Positions 12,501 through 25,565 are shown, counted from the first letter of the stretch. The stretch is 64,000 bases of DNA from Ostrea edulis (GCF_947568905.1 NC_079173.1:17050001-17114000); one strand, 5' to 3'. Made by a program: numbers and translations. The notes: a model not told the origin generated them from the sequence alone.

Positions 12501-15500
12501 AGTAAACATCCATGATGAATTTTCCTTAACTTTTGAAAATACATAAGAGTATGAACTGTGATGCTTTGTGCAGGCATACTTCATGAAACATGTTAGTGCA
12601 TCATGAAAGGTATGCTAGTGTGAAGTGTTGCAGTTCATACTCTCATGTACATTTTTCAAAAATGAGATTTATTTTCTAGAATTTACATTATGTTTTCATT
12701 TCTGTCAGAATCCCCAGACGTTAGAATAGAACTATATTTATTAAGATTCATACGCACATTGACTTGTTCACAACTGCAGTGCATTCATGAGGCCATTGCT
12801 ACAATTTGTAATGATATCAAAGGTGAAAACACTGGAAATGTAGATATACACAGGTATCATGGTGATTAATTCAAGGTTATATTCAAAGTATGACCCCTGG
12901 GGTCAGGATAGGGCACTGATAGGGGTAAGAAGTTTTACATCACCATATTATATATAGAAACAATGGGGAAAGATATTCCTTCCACAAGCCATAAGCATTC
13001 TAGTTTGTCAAATGTATAGATCATAGATGTAAACATCTAGTGTTGTGCAGAGTCTGTTAAACATGTTAAAACCAGGTGGAATAGTCACCATAAAGGGTCA
13101 GAGATACTCAGATTTACAGTCACCATAAAGGGTCAGAGATACTCGGATTTACAGTCACCATAAAGGGTCAGAGATACTCAGATTTACAGTCACCATAAAG
13201 GGTCAGAGATACTCAGATTTACAGTCACCATAAAGGGTCAGAGATTCTCAGATTTACAGTCACCATAAAGGGTCAGAGATACTCAGATTTACATCACCAT
13301 AAAGGGTCAGAGATACTCAGATTTACATCACCATAAAGGGTCAGAGATACTCAGATTTACAGTCACCATAAAGGGTCAGAGATTCTCAGATTTACAGTCA
13401 CCATAAAGGGTCAGAGATACTCAGATTTACAGCCACCATAAAGGGTCAGAGATACTCGGATTTACAGTCACCATAAAGGGTCAGAGATACTCAGATTTAC
13501 AGTGGAAAGAATTTTCATATTTATTGGCACTTCACACCTTAGGATATACCAAGATACCAAATTGCTCTAGCATTTCAAGAAATTTGTATTTAGAAGAGCC
13601 TTTTTACGCTTGTGGTTGGTGTGTTGAATGTGCGACCTTCTTCATTTCAACCTTGACAGAAATGACTTTTCATGAAATATTTTGTAGACAGAGGAGAAAG
13701 AAGAAACTGAAGTAAAGTTTGAGTGGCAGAGGAAATACAATGCCCCAAGAGAACAGTAAGATTTAAATTAAAGTTAATCAATGCGCTACAATTAGGGGCA
13801 AGATCAAAAGATAAACATCAGATAAAAATTCTATTTCAAGTATGTATTGGGGGCAGAGGGAGTAAAAACTCCCTTAAGTTTCTGTCGTCTGAGATCAAGT
13901 ACACAAATTTTTTGAATGACTCAACTTTAAATTATGACATGTAAATGTATATTTAAAAAAATGACTTTTAAAGGCTGAATTTTCATTTGTGAACAAACAG
14001 TAGAAAAGGTATATAGAGTGTTATTAGTATTTGCACTTGATAATCAATTGAGATCAACCTTCATCATATTTAGTTCTAAGGGAGATGGAAGGGGGGGGGG
14101 GGGGATGAAAAATGTGTGAATTTATTTTTTTGTCAGATGTTGCACTTTTTATCATGCCCATTAAGGTTTGACATAATTACTTTGAGAGGTACATGTATGT
14201 GTGAAAAATGTATAGTTTTACTTTGTAAAGATGTAATTTAAAGCTAAACTTGTTAGTAATTGTTTCTGTGTTTTCAAGGTTTATTTTAAAGTCTAGTTCA
14301 ACTTGTAGTCTTTCTTCACAAAGCACGCATCTTTGTTGAATTTTAATAGATCACATCTGTTTTAAATAATTAAGGTACGCTAAGGATGATGAGACGATTC
14401 GAGACCAGCCTTTTGGAATTGAGGTCAGAAACGTCCGTTGCATTAAGTGCAGAAAATGGGGTCATGTCAACACTGACCGTATCTGTCCACTGTTTAACCA
14501 GGACCTCACAGCAGAACCCCCCCAACGTAAGTAATTGGTAGGTGGGGAAGGGGAGGGACAGGTATAAGATATACTTAGACTGAACCTTTCCATTGTAAGT
14601 AACTGATTTGTGGGGAAGGGGAGGGGCAGGTATAAGATATACTTAAATGTAGACTGAACCTCCCCATTGTAAGTGACTGGTGGGTGGGGAAGGGGAGGGA
14701 CAGTTATAAGATACAGGTAGATTGAACCTCTCCAGTGTAAGTGATTGTGGGTGTGGAAGGGGAGAGGCAGGTATAAGATATACTTAGACTGAGCCTCCCC
14801 AGTGTAAGTAACTGGTGGGTGGGGAAGGGGAGGGGCAGTTATAAGATATACTTAGACTGAACCTCCCCATTGTAAAGTAACTGGTGGATGGGGAAGGGTG
14901 GGGGGGCAGTTATAAGATATACTTAGACTGAACCTCCCCATTGTAAAGTAACTGGTGGGTGGGGAAGGGGAGGGGGGGGGGGTAGAAGATACAGGTAGAC
15001 TGAACCTCCCCATTGTAAGTGACTGGTGGATGGGGAAGGGGAGGGGCAGGTATAAGATATACTTAGACTGAACCTCCCCATTGTAAAGTAACTGGTGGAT
15101 GGGGAAGGGTGGGGGGGCAGTTATAAGATATACTTAGACTGAACCTCCCCATTGTAAAGTAACTGGTGGGTGGGGAAGGGGAGGGTCAGGTAGAAGATAC
15201 AGGTAGACTGAACCTCCCCATTGTAAGTGACTGGTGGATGGGGAAGGGGAGGGGCAGGTATAAGATATACTTAGACTGAACCTCCCCATTGTAAAGTAAC
15301 TGGTGGATGGGGAAGGGTGGGGGGGCAGTTATAAGATATACTTAGACTGAACCTCCCCATTGTAAAGTAACTGGTGGGTGGGGAAGGGGAGGGGGGGGGG
15401 GGTAGAAGATACAGGTAGACTGAACCCCCCAATGTAAATATTGCCCTGACATTTTGTCACAACCTCCCTCTCAGAGAAATACATAATCAGTTCACATGTC

Positions 15501-18500
15501 AGATAGATTGGTGCACCATGACATGCTTTAAGGGTTTTCTTTTTGGGGAATGTTTAGGATATCAATTCAGAGTGCCTAATGTGCTCTTAGGTCCACCAGC
15601 AGTATGTTGTACTGTTTACAGTGCATTTATTCATTGTGGAGAGGACGCCTATATTAAATAAAATATTTATAAAACAAAAGCATTTATTTGAGGAAAATGT
15701 TTTATTGCTTCTGAATTATTTAGTGCGTCGTCACGTGTGAATCTTTTAGTGACTTTTTATGAATACTCTTTCAGCCTCCACCAGTGCCTCTTCATTACTT
15801 GAGGGCATGCAGAGTGATGGATTCACCCTGAAGAAAAGCATTCTGGGTAAAATGGCAGATGGAGTGGATACAGAGGTCATTAAAATGGATTGACATTTAT
15901 TTTTGTCCGTATTTGTTGTGATTGTTAAATGTAGATATCATGTGACATCTCTAAATGTAATGTAAATACATGTTAAATGTAGATATCATGTGACATCTCT
16001 AAATGTAATGTAAATACATGTTAAATGTAGATATCAAGTGACATGTCTCCACTAAATGCACAGAAAAAAACATATGCTTCCTTCACCTTTGTAATTTGTT
16101 GTCCAAGTTTTGTTGTAACTCCTTTCCTTATCAATGTAAACATGGTGAAATATATCATGATGTTCTGTAAATTTCTCTCTACACTTGGGATCAAGTTTGG
16201 GCAAGTGGATGCCATTAAATTTAGATTTGCTTGACTGAAAATAATCTGTGCAGATTTTGTCATACAGTAAGCATTCTCAAGCTCAAGGGGGAGGGGTGGT
16301 GGTGGGGTATAACACCCCAAATAGTGTCTATGGAATAGCTAGATGATTTTTAGGTGTCTTTATTTGTATAATTAGGAACCAGGTTATTTTTAATAAACTT
16401 TGTTAGTATTATTTATCAGAATGTATTTGAAAATTATAGAAACTGCTAGAGAGTGAGGATGAAGATGACCCAGAAGTTCAGTTTCTGAAATCACTGAATC
16501 CAAAACAGAGGAAGAAATTGTTAAAGTAAGTGTTATTGGAAGTCTACATAACATTGTCTTTGTAGTCTTAATGCCAAAAAATATACAGGTACACTGCCAA
16601 TTAAGCAAGCAATACATGTTTGATACATGCACATTTTACATGCATGTGTATAGGAATAATTTTTAGTCACTGTGGTACATTGTAGAGCGTTCGCGTCATA
16701 ACTGGGTCTTGAGTTTGAGCCCCGCTCATGCCAAATCTAAGACATTAATAAAGGTAGTGATTGGTCTTTTGCAAAATGTTCTGCATTGTGAGCTCAATCT
16801 CTCTTGTAACTCAACAACTGCCCTTCAAATTTCTGCAGATCATTAGAAATACTTTATTTAAACATTGTAAACATTAAAAATGGAAAATTAAAATTTGAAT
16901 TTTTTCAGCACAAATGTATGCCCCATTAAAAAGATAATATAATGGCACTTTCTATGGCATACAGTTACTTGAGATTTATTGAGGAGATTTTTGTAGAATT
17001 TAAAAGTTATGCTTGGATTCGGAGGATGAAGACGCTTTTTGATTTTGGATTCAATGGTGTGGTTTTTTTTGGTATGGAGTTATGGGACTTAAAATTTTTC
17101 ATATCAAAGTACCTTTCTGACTTGTCAGTTTTTAGGTCACCTGAGTAAACTCAGGTGACCTAATGCAATTGGTTGTCGTCCGTTGTGCATCGTCCGTCGT
17201 GCGTTAACAATTGAACATTTTTAACTTCTTAATAACTACCAGTCCAATTCTTTTCAAATTTGGTATGAAGCATCATTGGGACAAGGGGGACATAAATTTG
17301 TAAATTTCAGGACTCCAGCATCCCATGGGCTCTAGGGGCGGGTCAAAAATTGTCCAAAATTGACCAATTTTCAAAAATCTTCTCAAGAATCGCACACATG
17401 TAAGAAAAATTAATGCATGATGATAGAGAGCAGGAAGGCCTCTACCAAAATTGTAAATTTCATGATCCCCGGGGTAGGGGTTCTGACCCCAGGGTGGGGC
17501 CAAACTTGGTATATAGTGTTTATGTGTAAAACACTTAAATAACATTTTCTTTAGTGCTATTGATACTAAATTTAAAGTAAATAGATCTTTAGAAAGAACA
17601 GGTAGTCCTTTACCAAAATTGTAAATTTGATGATCCCAGGGGTAGGGGTTTTGGTATGAGGGTGGGGCCAAAATGGTCAGTTATTAAATGTGTGAACAAT
17701 ATACATTTTTAACTTCTTCTTGATAACCATCATTCCAATTCTTTTCATATTTGGTATGAAGCATATTTGGAACAAGGGGGACATAGATTGTAAATTTTAT
17801 GATCCCCTGGGTAGGGGTTCTGACCCCCAGGGTGGGGCCAAACTTGGTATATAGTGCTAAATAGATAGAGCAGGTAGTCTTTTACCAAAATTGTAAATTT
17901 TCTCCAGAGTAAGGGTTCTGACCCCAGGGTGGGGCCAAACTTAGTATATAGTATGCATGTGTAAGTTTGCTGATACTGTATAAAATCTATATGCATACTT
18001 AGAGATAGCAGAAAAGGATGTACAAAAAATGGTGAATTTCACTACCCAGGGTTATGACTTTAGGATGAGTCCAAATTAGTCATATCTTTTGATATTTTAA
18101 TGTTAATACACCTATTATTTAAAGCCTTTCATCAGTGTATGCACTTTTGAGGGCAGTGAAGTTTAAAGAACACGTCTTGTTTATACTGTTGCTGAACATT
18201 AGAATTTAGCTTAGATATTCAGAACAGGAAATTTTTTCTAGATTTCATAGCCCATGGAAGTAGTGATACTTTTTCACTAGTATTCAGGTGACCGATAAGG
18301 CCTGTCGGCCTCTTGTTTAGTTACTTTATATACATGTATAATATGATAGATAAATATTTTATAAACTGAATTATGATGTTGTGGGCTTGAGTTGGTGTAT
18401 AGTAGGGATGTAAAGATGCTGTGGGAATCTTTTAGAATCTTTCCAACAGCAATATGATAAGTTGTGAAAATGATATGCAAACACACATAGATTAGGGCTG

Positions 18501-21096
18501 AAACAATATACCAGAATATCGATATTATTCAATATACAGTGTAAACGCTCGATTCGTTGCCTCGATCTTCAGTTCAATACATCCTTTAAAATCAGGTACG
18601 GTAAAATACATTGGGCTTCACCTGTACTTACTAGTTTTACATGCATGGGGTACAAAATGGCGTCCGATAACGGTCAGACCGTTAGCCTGGAGTCAGACTA
18701 ACACAATAATGAACGTTATCAGTTTAAACTACAGAGCCAAAAAGCTCTTACTGTTCAGCGGTTTGGAAACAGTTTGCTTTTTAGATTGTGACTGAATCTT
18801 CGCAACTAATTTTTTCTTTGAAGTAATTATTGGTTTCTTCTGTAAATTGAAAATATTGAATCATGGCATAAGTATTGTAATACATTTCGTACTGCGAAGG
18901 GGGCGTATCGTTTAGGCCCTAATGTAGATGTGTATCTGGTGATCCAGTAGAAGGAGTTGGCTTATTGCTGAGCCACTATTATCAGTAGTACTCCAGTAAA
19001 CTGTCTGTATAGCAAAGTACTCAAGCGAGCGATGTGGCCCAAGGATCTCATGATGATGATTATTCTTCTCTTGGACACATTTCTCTGAGACTTTTGCAAG
19101 GAACACTATATTAAGTGTGCACAGTATGGAACCTTTCATAACTCCCACTCTACATATTGATGTGTTTTAGACTACCGGTAGTAGTGTGCTTAAGGGTTTA
19201 TAATCTTAAATGCTGTGCGAGTTGTCTTTTTATAGTATGTTTAAGGGTTTATAATCTTAAATGCTGCTGTGAGTTGTCTTTTTGTACAAATTGTATTTCA
19301 TATTGAAAATTTTTAAAAGTTCTGTACTTTTGACTGAGGGGTGAATAAAATATCAAAAGGAAACACTTGTATGTTATAAAATGAATAAATATTTAGTAAA
19401 TAATCCTTATTCCTTAAACTTCAAATATTATTACCTGTGCCTACCTGGTTTGCTTAGTGGTAGTTCATGAAATCCAGTCCTGCAGTGGCCGTGTCTCAAT
19501 ATTTGCATGATAATTTTTTGGGATGTGGAACACCTCCTTAATGCTTGGGCTTCTTTAAATTTTGATCTGTACAAAATTTTGCTAAAATCCGTTTGGTAAT
19601 TGGTTTGATTAATTGTTGTACTGAATGAAGAATAGCCCAATAGACGGTATCTTAGATGGTGAATATGAGTGAGATGTACGTCAATTTAGCTTTACAACTT
19701 GACAGTCAATTTAGGATCTATAAATCAGAATTGTTTCTGTAGGAAACTGAATAAACTGCAGTACAAAAAGAAGGAAGGGAAAGTCCACAAGGACAAAAAA
19801 AAGAAGAAAAAGTCGAAGAGGTCGCATGATTCTGGAAAGGGTTAGTTTTATGTTGGAATATTTATATTCCAGTCATTTTGCTTTTATAAACTAAACATTC
19901 TGGGGTGTATGGCATACATTATATTATAAATGGTGAGTAAATATGTTGATATCATGATGACATCACGTGATAATACCTCACTAAACCAGTTTAATATTGA
20001 AGAAATCTGATTTTTAATTCATATTAGACAGTTTAAACTGATCAGTATTTCCAAGTGTTTTTAAAAAATTCAGTCAAGCATGATATTTATTGACCAAAAG
20101 CCAAACTTTTTGAGTTTCTTCAAAATATTTGGTGTTGCATTTTCTTTGGATTTCAAGTTAGCAGACAGTGACATTTTAGAATATATATTTGCAGATTCAG
20201 ATGAAGAAGAGAAGTCCCACAGAAAACAAAAAATGTCATCCGATTCTCAGGACTCTGGTAAAAAAAAATTTATTGTCTTTTTTTGTCACTAAACTGCTTC
20301 TTTAACATTGTGCATGCTTGGACGTTTCTCAAATTTCATGTATTGTCTTTGTATTTCAAATTTGTAATTCAAATCATGTCTTTGTATTTTAATCATTTAA
20401 GCTCTTTTTATAATCATTTAAACTAATTTTTCATAACCTATTGTTACAGAGGATGAACATGGAAGACATGAACAATTAAAAAAATCACGGGCAGGGCAAT
20501 ATTCAGACAAAAGAGAACGTCAAAGGGATAACGGGTCTACGGACAGGTCCCAGAATAGACAACGGAGAAGGAGCCCCTCAGGTAATGAATCAACCCAGAA
20601 TGCTAACAGGGGTCAGAGGTCAAAAGGGAGAGATTCCTATCGGTCATTATCCAGGGAGAGAAACAGACGAGGGAGGAGCAGGTCCACCTCTCGTGGCAGA
20701 GACAGGTCAAGGAGAGATTCTAATGAAAGAGGAAGGAGACAGTATGGAGATGATAGCCTAAGGAGGTCAAGGTCACCAAAACACAATTACAGACAAAGTA
20801 ATGGAAAAGACAAGTATAGAGATCCAAAAAAGGAGAGAAGGTCAAGGTCATCATCTTCTTCATCAGAAAGAGGTTACAGATCATTTAAAGGGCATGAAAG
20901 AAACAGGTCAAGGTCATTAGAGAGGGGGAAAAGATCAGTATATAGAAGATCTGTATCCCAAGAAAGGAAGAAAAGAGACAACTGCAACCCAAGTAAAAGA
21001 AGGTCAGATTCCATGGACAGATATAGAAGATCAGGGTCAGAAGACAGGAGAAGAAGGTCAGGGTCAAAGGACAGGAGAAGAAGATCAGACTCCTAA
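9549..21096 (+). CDS. CIR1: Corepressor interacting with RBPJ 1, complete CDS, 486 aa
   Basis: Exons 9549-9620, 11956-12050, 12369-12447, 13688-13755, 14375-14526, 15775-15875, 16440-16525, 19743-19840, 20195-20257, 20450-21096 total 1461 nt in frame. [31 protein letters not shown]..., [41 protein letters not shown] (zinc knuckle), [10 protein letters not shown], then a K-rich and RS-rich tail, as in CIR1. Confidence 0.95.
9903..10969 (+). mobile_element. Non-autonomous hAT transposon with BED zinc-finger remnant
   Basis: TIRs cagggttgg / ccaaccctg; perfect 8-bp TSD cttttctt at 9895-9902 and 10970-10977; subterminal ggtcaatact/agtattgacc repeats; 10569-10679 reads [31 protein letters not shown]. 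Confidence 0.85.
11034..11107. repeat. 74-bp hairpin / mini inverted-repeat element
   Basis: About 29-bp arms catcttcgcaagccaagggttttcggtcc / ggaccgaaaaccttgggttagcgaagatg with a 16-nt loop. Confidence 0.85.
11150..11215 (-). mobile_element. tRNA-derived SINE head fragment
   Basis: Minus strand gtagagcactggac...gaggtcccgggttcgattc contains a B-box; no complete cloverleaf. Confidence 0.45.
13083..13503. repeat. Intronic minisatellite, 35-bp unit, 12 copies
   Basis: agtcaccataaagggtcagagatactcagatttac in near-identical tandem copies. Confidence 0.97.
14527..15440. repeat. G-rich minisatellite, about 70-bp unit, about 13 copies, starting at a splice donor
   Basis: Unit gtaagtaactggtgggtggggaaggggaggggcaggtataagatatacttagactgaacctccccatt begins at the GT of CIR1 intron 5. 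Confidence 0.95.
17129..18317 (+). mobile_element. Helentron non-autonomous element (HINE) with central satellite-like repeats
   Basis: 5' hairpin taggtcacctgag-taaa-ctcaggtgaccta, gtcc/cgtc microsatellite, about four degenerate central repeats (first interval about 167 bp), 3' subTIR tcaggtgacc + aggcc-tgtc-ggcct hairpin + cttgtt. Confidence 0.85.
18493..18921. mobile_element. hAT-like MITE
   Basis: TIRs tagggctgaaacaata / tatcgtttaggcccta; 8-bp flanks acatagat and atgtagat (6/8 identical). Confidence 0.65.
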
Positions 21097-22276
21097 TTAT
21101 ACAAACAAACTAATAACATTTAGACTGATTCAAAAGTCGGATGATTATTATTGGTAAAGCATGCATGTGATGCAAGTTTATGATGTATAAATCATGACAA
21201 TTCAAACTTTTTGGATGTACAGCTCTGGAATCTGGTATCTTTGTTCTAACACAAACAGAAAACAAACTGTTTTATACATCGATGTGTGCTGCATGCTTTA
21301 TAAATGTTTAAGGAATTGTCAGCATCATGACTTGTTTTCTTCTGTTCATTTTTGAAAAATTAAAATTGAGTCTTGCGTTTGTATTGTATATACATGTACT
21401 TAGCTATGTCAGATTTTTTGGAGTTAAAGTTTTGGTCCAAAAAACTCTATGTCTGACATAACAGATAGGTCGTAAGAAGATTGGTATATTTATGGATGAC
21501 ATATATTATAATATATTTTAAAGAACTCTGACATTTATCATGATTATCGTGGACAAAGGTCCGGAAATATTATATTATTTATGTATTCTATTGTGCTTAA
21601 AGTACAAATATTTACATGTTTGAATAATTTTATTAACTTGACTTACTGTTACTCTATTGTTTATCAGTAAAATTGTACCATCTAAAATATTTTTGATAAA
21701 AGATTTGATATTGTTAAAAGATAATTTAGAAGATACTTCTTGACTCTATTACAACTCGATTGTTTATGAAATTAATTTTCTTAGTGTGTGTGTGCCACTA
21801 ATTAAACACTGTCAGGTAGGCTAAGGAATACGATTAATTAAGAGACAATAATTGTGTGGGTGAACGAGCGACAAATTAATCATGGTAATCGCCCTTAATA
21901 GATCAAGTGTAGCGTGTAAACCAAAAATTACAGATCTACAGGAAAATTGTGCTGACGTTGGTGAGTTTTTCGTCTATCCCGACACTTTCCAGGTACTCAA
22001 AGGGTTAATTCATGTGTATTGGTATTTATCATATGAAATTATAAAGCATATTTTTATTTCACTTGGGAGGGTTATGGTGAACATGTACTTTTTAAAAAAA
22101 ATCGAGATTGGTTTTCAAAATATATAAGACTCTTGAGCAAAAGACATGGATGAAATAAACGAAATGGTAGCTGTTTTGGTTCGTTGAGAATAAAAGGTTA
22201 AATATCGATGTCATATCCCAAAATATTTATACTTGAACATGGGTACAATACATTAGAATATTGATTTTTTAAGAAA

Positions 22277-22612
22277 AACAAGAGGCCCATGGACCACATT
22301 GTCACCTTTGCCCATATTTGAAGATTTTCCCTACATATCAGCATGTAAAACTCCTCTATTGTGGCCCCACCCTACCCTCCGGAGCCATGATTTTATCAAA
22401 CTCTAATCTCCACTTTGTCAGGAAGCAGTCATGTAAATTAGAACTTTCCAGGCCCACTGGTACTAAGATTTTCTCTATATATTCACATGTAAAACTTTGA
22501 TCTTCTATTGTGGCCCCACGCTACTCCCGGGGTTAATGATTTAAAAAAAATTGAATCTCAGGTACTGTAGTTGTCATGTAAATTCAAACTTCTGGCCTTG
22601 TGGTTCTCGAGA
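22277..22612 (-). mobile_element. HINE 3' portion with Cg170-like repeats, reverse orientation
   Basis: Begins aacaagaggcccatggaccacattgtcacct (reverse complement of the HINE 3' end); repeated ctattgtggccccac.ctac units. Confidence 0.7.
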
Positions 22613-22616
22613 ATAA

Positions 22617-22925
22617 TTTTTAGGTTACCTGAGTAAACTCGGTTGACCTATTGCAATTAATTGTCGTCCAAGTGCATTAACAATTGAACATTTTAAACTT
22701 TTTTTGATAACTACCATTGCAAATTTGGTAAGAAGCATATTTGGGACAAAGGGGACGTACATTGTAAATTTTATGATTCCAGGTGCTTTAGGGGCGGGGG
22801 AAAAATGACGGAATTTTTTAGGATCTTCCGGCCGAGATACAACCCCACATATGCAAGAAAAACTAAATGCATAGTGATATAAAGTAGGAAGGCTTCTACA
22901 AAAATTGTAACGTTCATGATCCCCA
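22617..22925 (+). mobile_element. HINE 5' portion (same family as 17129-18317)
   Basis: taggttacctgagtaaactcggttgacctattgcaatt... colinear with 17133 onward. Confidence 0.75.
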
Positions 22926-23036
22926 AAATCTTCTTCGAGATGAACAATGTACCAAGTCATTACTACAAGTAATTATCGGATGAATACATTTATTGCATGT
23001 AATGTAACTGATTTTTATTTTTGTATAGAATAACCC

Positions 23037-23171
23037 CACAGGCACTCGACGTTTTAAATATCTATAATAAAAAAAATTGTCTTCCTTTAAACATAATATT
23101 CACGTGAATATTATGTTTACAGGAAGACAATTTTTTTTTATTATAGATATTTAAAACGTCGAGTGCCTGTG
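23037..23171. mobile_element. 135-bp foldback (palindromic) mini-element, P-superfamily-like ends
   Basis: Spacer-less palindrome centred on cac|gtg (23103/23104), one mismatch and one 1-nt indel; CACAGG termini; identical 8-bp flanks aataaccc (23029-23036, 23172-23179). Confidence 0.85.
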
Positions 23172-23726
23172 AATAACCCATAAAACAATGCTGATATACG
23201 AAGTTTTTCGATTAGCTAGAAAACATCTAAAAAAAAAATTTTTTTTTTTTTTTTTTTTTAGAAATCATTACATTCCCCTATGGAATCTATTTATAGAGCA
23301 CATGGAAAAAAAGTAAATAAATCTGAAATCCATAATTTTTTACCCCATTTTGACAATTTACAAAATTACAGGGGACAAGTTCTTATCAGATCTCAGTATT
23401 ATGAAGTTCTCTTCATTATTTGGTGGAAAATGAGTTGTAAAAGTAGTAATATACAAGAGAATTGGTAAAACATAGTAAATCGGCGGAGAGTCAACTTGAA
23501 TATTGGATGCTGACTGAACGAGGTTGCCTAAGTCACCACGTAAAGCCGCTGAACTAGATCAAATTTTACTTTTAGAGTTTTTTTAAATTCAAAGAGAATT
23601 AAAGCTTCATTTGTGAATTTTTTATAAAGCGTTTAAATGCACCTGTGTATTTACTAAGCATCGCACTGTAATAGAAAGCACAGAAAAATACACTATATTT
23701 TTGGATACTCACATCCACCCTTGGCC

Positions 23727-23728
<2 letters not shown>

Positions 23729-23765
<37 letters not shown>
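23729..23765. repeat. (TA)n microsatellite
   Basis: Uninterrupted AT dinucleotide run. Confidence 0.95.
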
Positions 23766-23768
<3 letters not shown>

Positions 23769-25024
23769 TCATACATGCAGAGTTAATTTCTGTTGAAAAT
23801 TGAAAAGCCGGTTATCAAATTAACTTCCTTTACGTAAAACATGCTGATATAAATTGAGCAAGTGATAAAATGTTTAGTACTAATCAAGTTTACAATAGCT
23901 GTTGAAAATGGATCTTCACATGATTTGTCGAAGAAATTTGAAAATTTTATGAAAACTCGTGAAATTAAACGTGATACGACCCTTAAACTGCCAATCATCC
24001 CGATCCGATATCTCGGAGAAGTTGATATACATCACCAAGTTACACACACATTCACACAAAAATTGTGAAATCTGAAAATAAAATATCAGATTGCAATGCG
24101 TTATTGTTAACCGTAAGATCTAATTGTATGACTCGTCTCTATCCCTTAAATGAGAGAAACATCACATCTATTTTTATCATTCGTGAATGATAAAGCTTTA
24201 TTTTCACATTATTCTTTATAGGTACATACGTGCTAATGATTAAGTTTTTGTTTCCATCATCTATGTAGATGTAATTGTAAATGTCTAAAAATAAAGCAGG
24301 GAAAAAAAGTTTTTGTTTCCAAATTTTTCCTTTTTTTTTCTTTTCTTTTCAATATCGATTTCTTTAATGCTCTCCATTTTTATAAGAATATAAAATACTA
24401 TTCGAAGAAACCGGTTTTCACATGTCCGCGTAGCTTTGTTATTTTCTTGGCAATTAACAATAGAATACATATTGTTGGTTGAAAATTGTCATTTATTAAT
24501 GACGATTGAAGAAGTTGACAACTTATTTACAACCCCTATAATAGAGAGATCATCGGGTGTCCAAACTACAACTCAGACAACTTAAACAAGAATGACCTTG
24601 GTATCTCCCTAATTTTTATAAATCTTGTTAAATACCAACATAATAAAATACAAAAATAAGGTGGCACCTTAAAATTTTGCAATATCTTTTATTTCTCGCT
24701 AACATAATTTGATATTTGGGGAAATGTTTCCGCAGAGACCCCCGAATAATCCTCACCTAGGATGCTAGGGGCTCCCTGGATTGGATATATATATATATAT
24801 TAGAAATACATTTACACAATATCAAACATAGTATTGTTGATAAGATTGTTTTACACTTAAAGATTTACATGCTCTGAATCACTATATTGCAATATTTTTC
24901 AATTAAAAAAAAAATAGTAGCATGAAATAATATTGTTCATGGTAAAGATAAATTAAATGACGAAACATCTGAGAAATAATTAAAAACATGTACTCTACTC
25001 ACTTTCTACAGTCTGTCTACCATA

Positions 25025-25273
25025 CCCCCTGATTGAATCAAATACAGGATGGCTGTCCCACCCTGCAGTGAGTTTCATACAGATTAAATATATCTTTTTT
25101 CATAGCCATCAAAATGTCATACAGTGGAAATCATTGTCGCATTAATTGACCCCCTGATTGAATCAAATACAGGATGGCTGTCCCACCCTGCAGTGAGTTT
25201 CATTCAGACTAAATATATCTTTTTTCATAGCCATCAAAATGTCATACAGTGGAAATCATTGTCGCATTAATTG
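25025..25273. repeat. Tandem duplication of about 125 bp
   Basis: cccctgattgaatcaaatacagg...cattgtcgcattaattg present twice, nearly identical. Confidence 0.9.
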
Positions 25274-25565
25274 CTTTACATAATTATGATTATAATAATA
25301 ATAAAAAGACAACACAAATTACATTTAGGTGTCTTTTACAAAAGGAAATCAGTATGTAAAATCTACTCTACAGTTAATACGTATAAAGCAATGATTGATC
25401 CATATTGTTGCAGGGGAGACACAATCACAAACAGTTCACCATTACCCTAACAACAAGTACTGAGGATTAAGTCATCCTCAAGTACTGGTGGAATGCTATT
25501 GTTGGAAAATAAATATATCAAATACATATCAAAGATATCCAAATTAACATGTTTAAATGTATCTA

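Noticed and set aside
20885-21067. Minus-strand ORF over the last CIR1 exon
   Set aside because: Antisense shadow of the purine-rich RS-coding strand.
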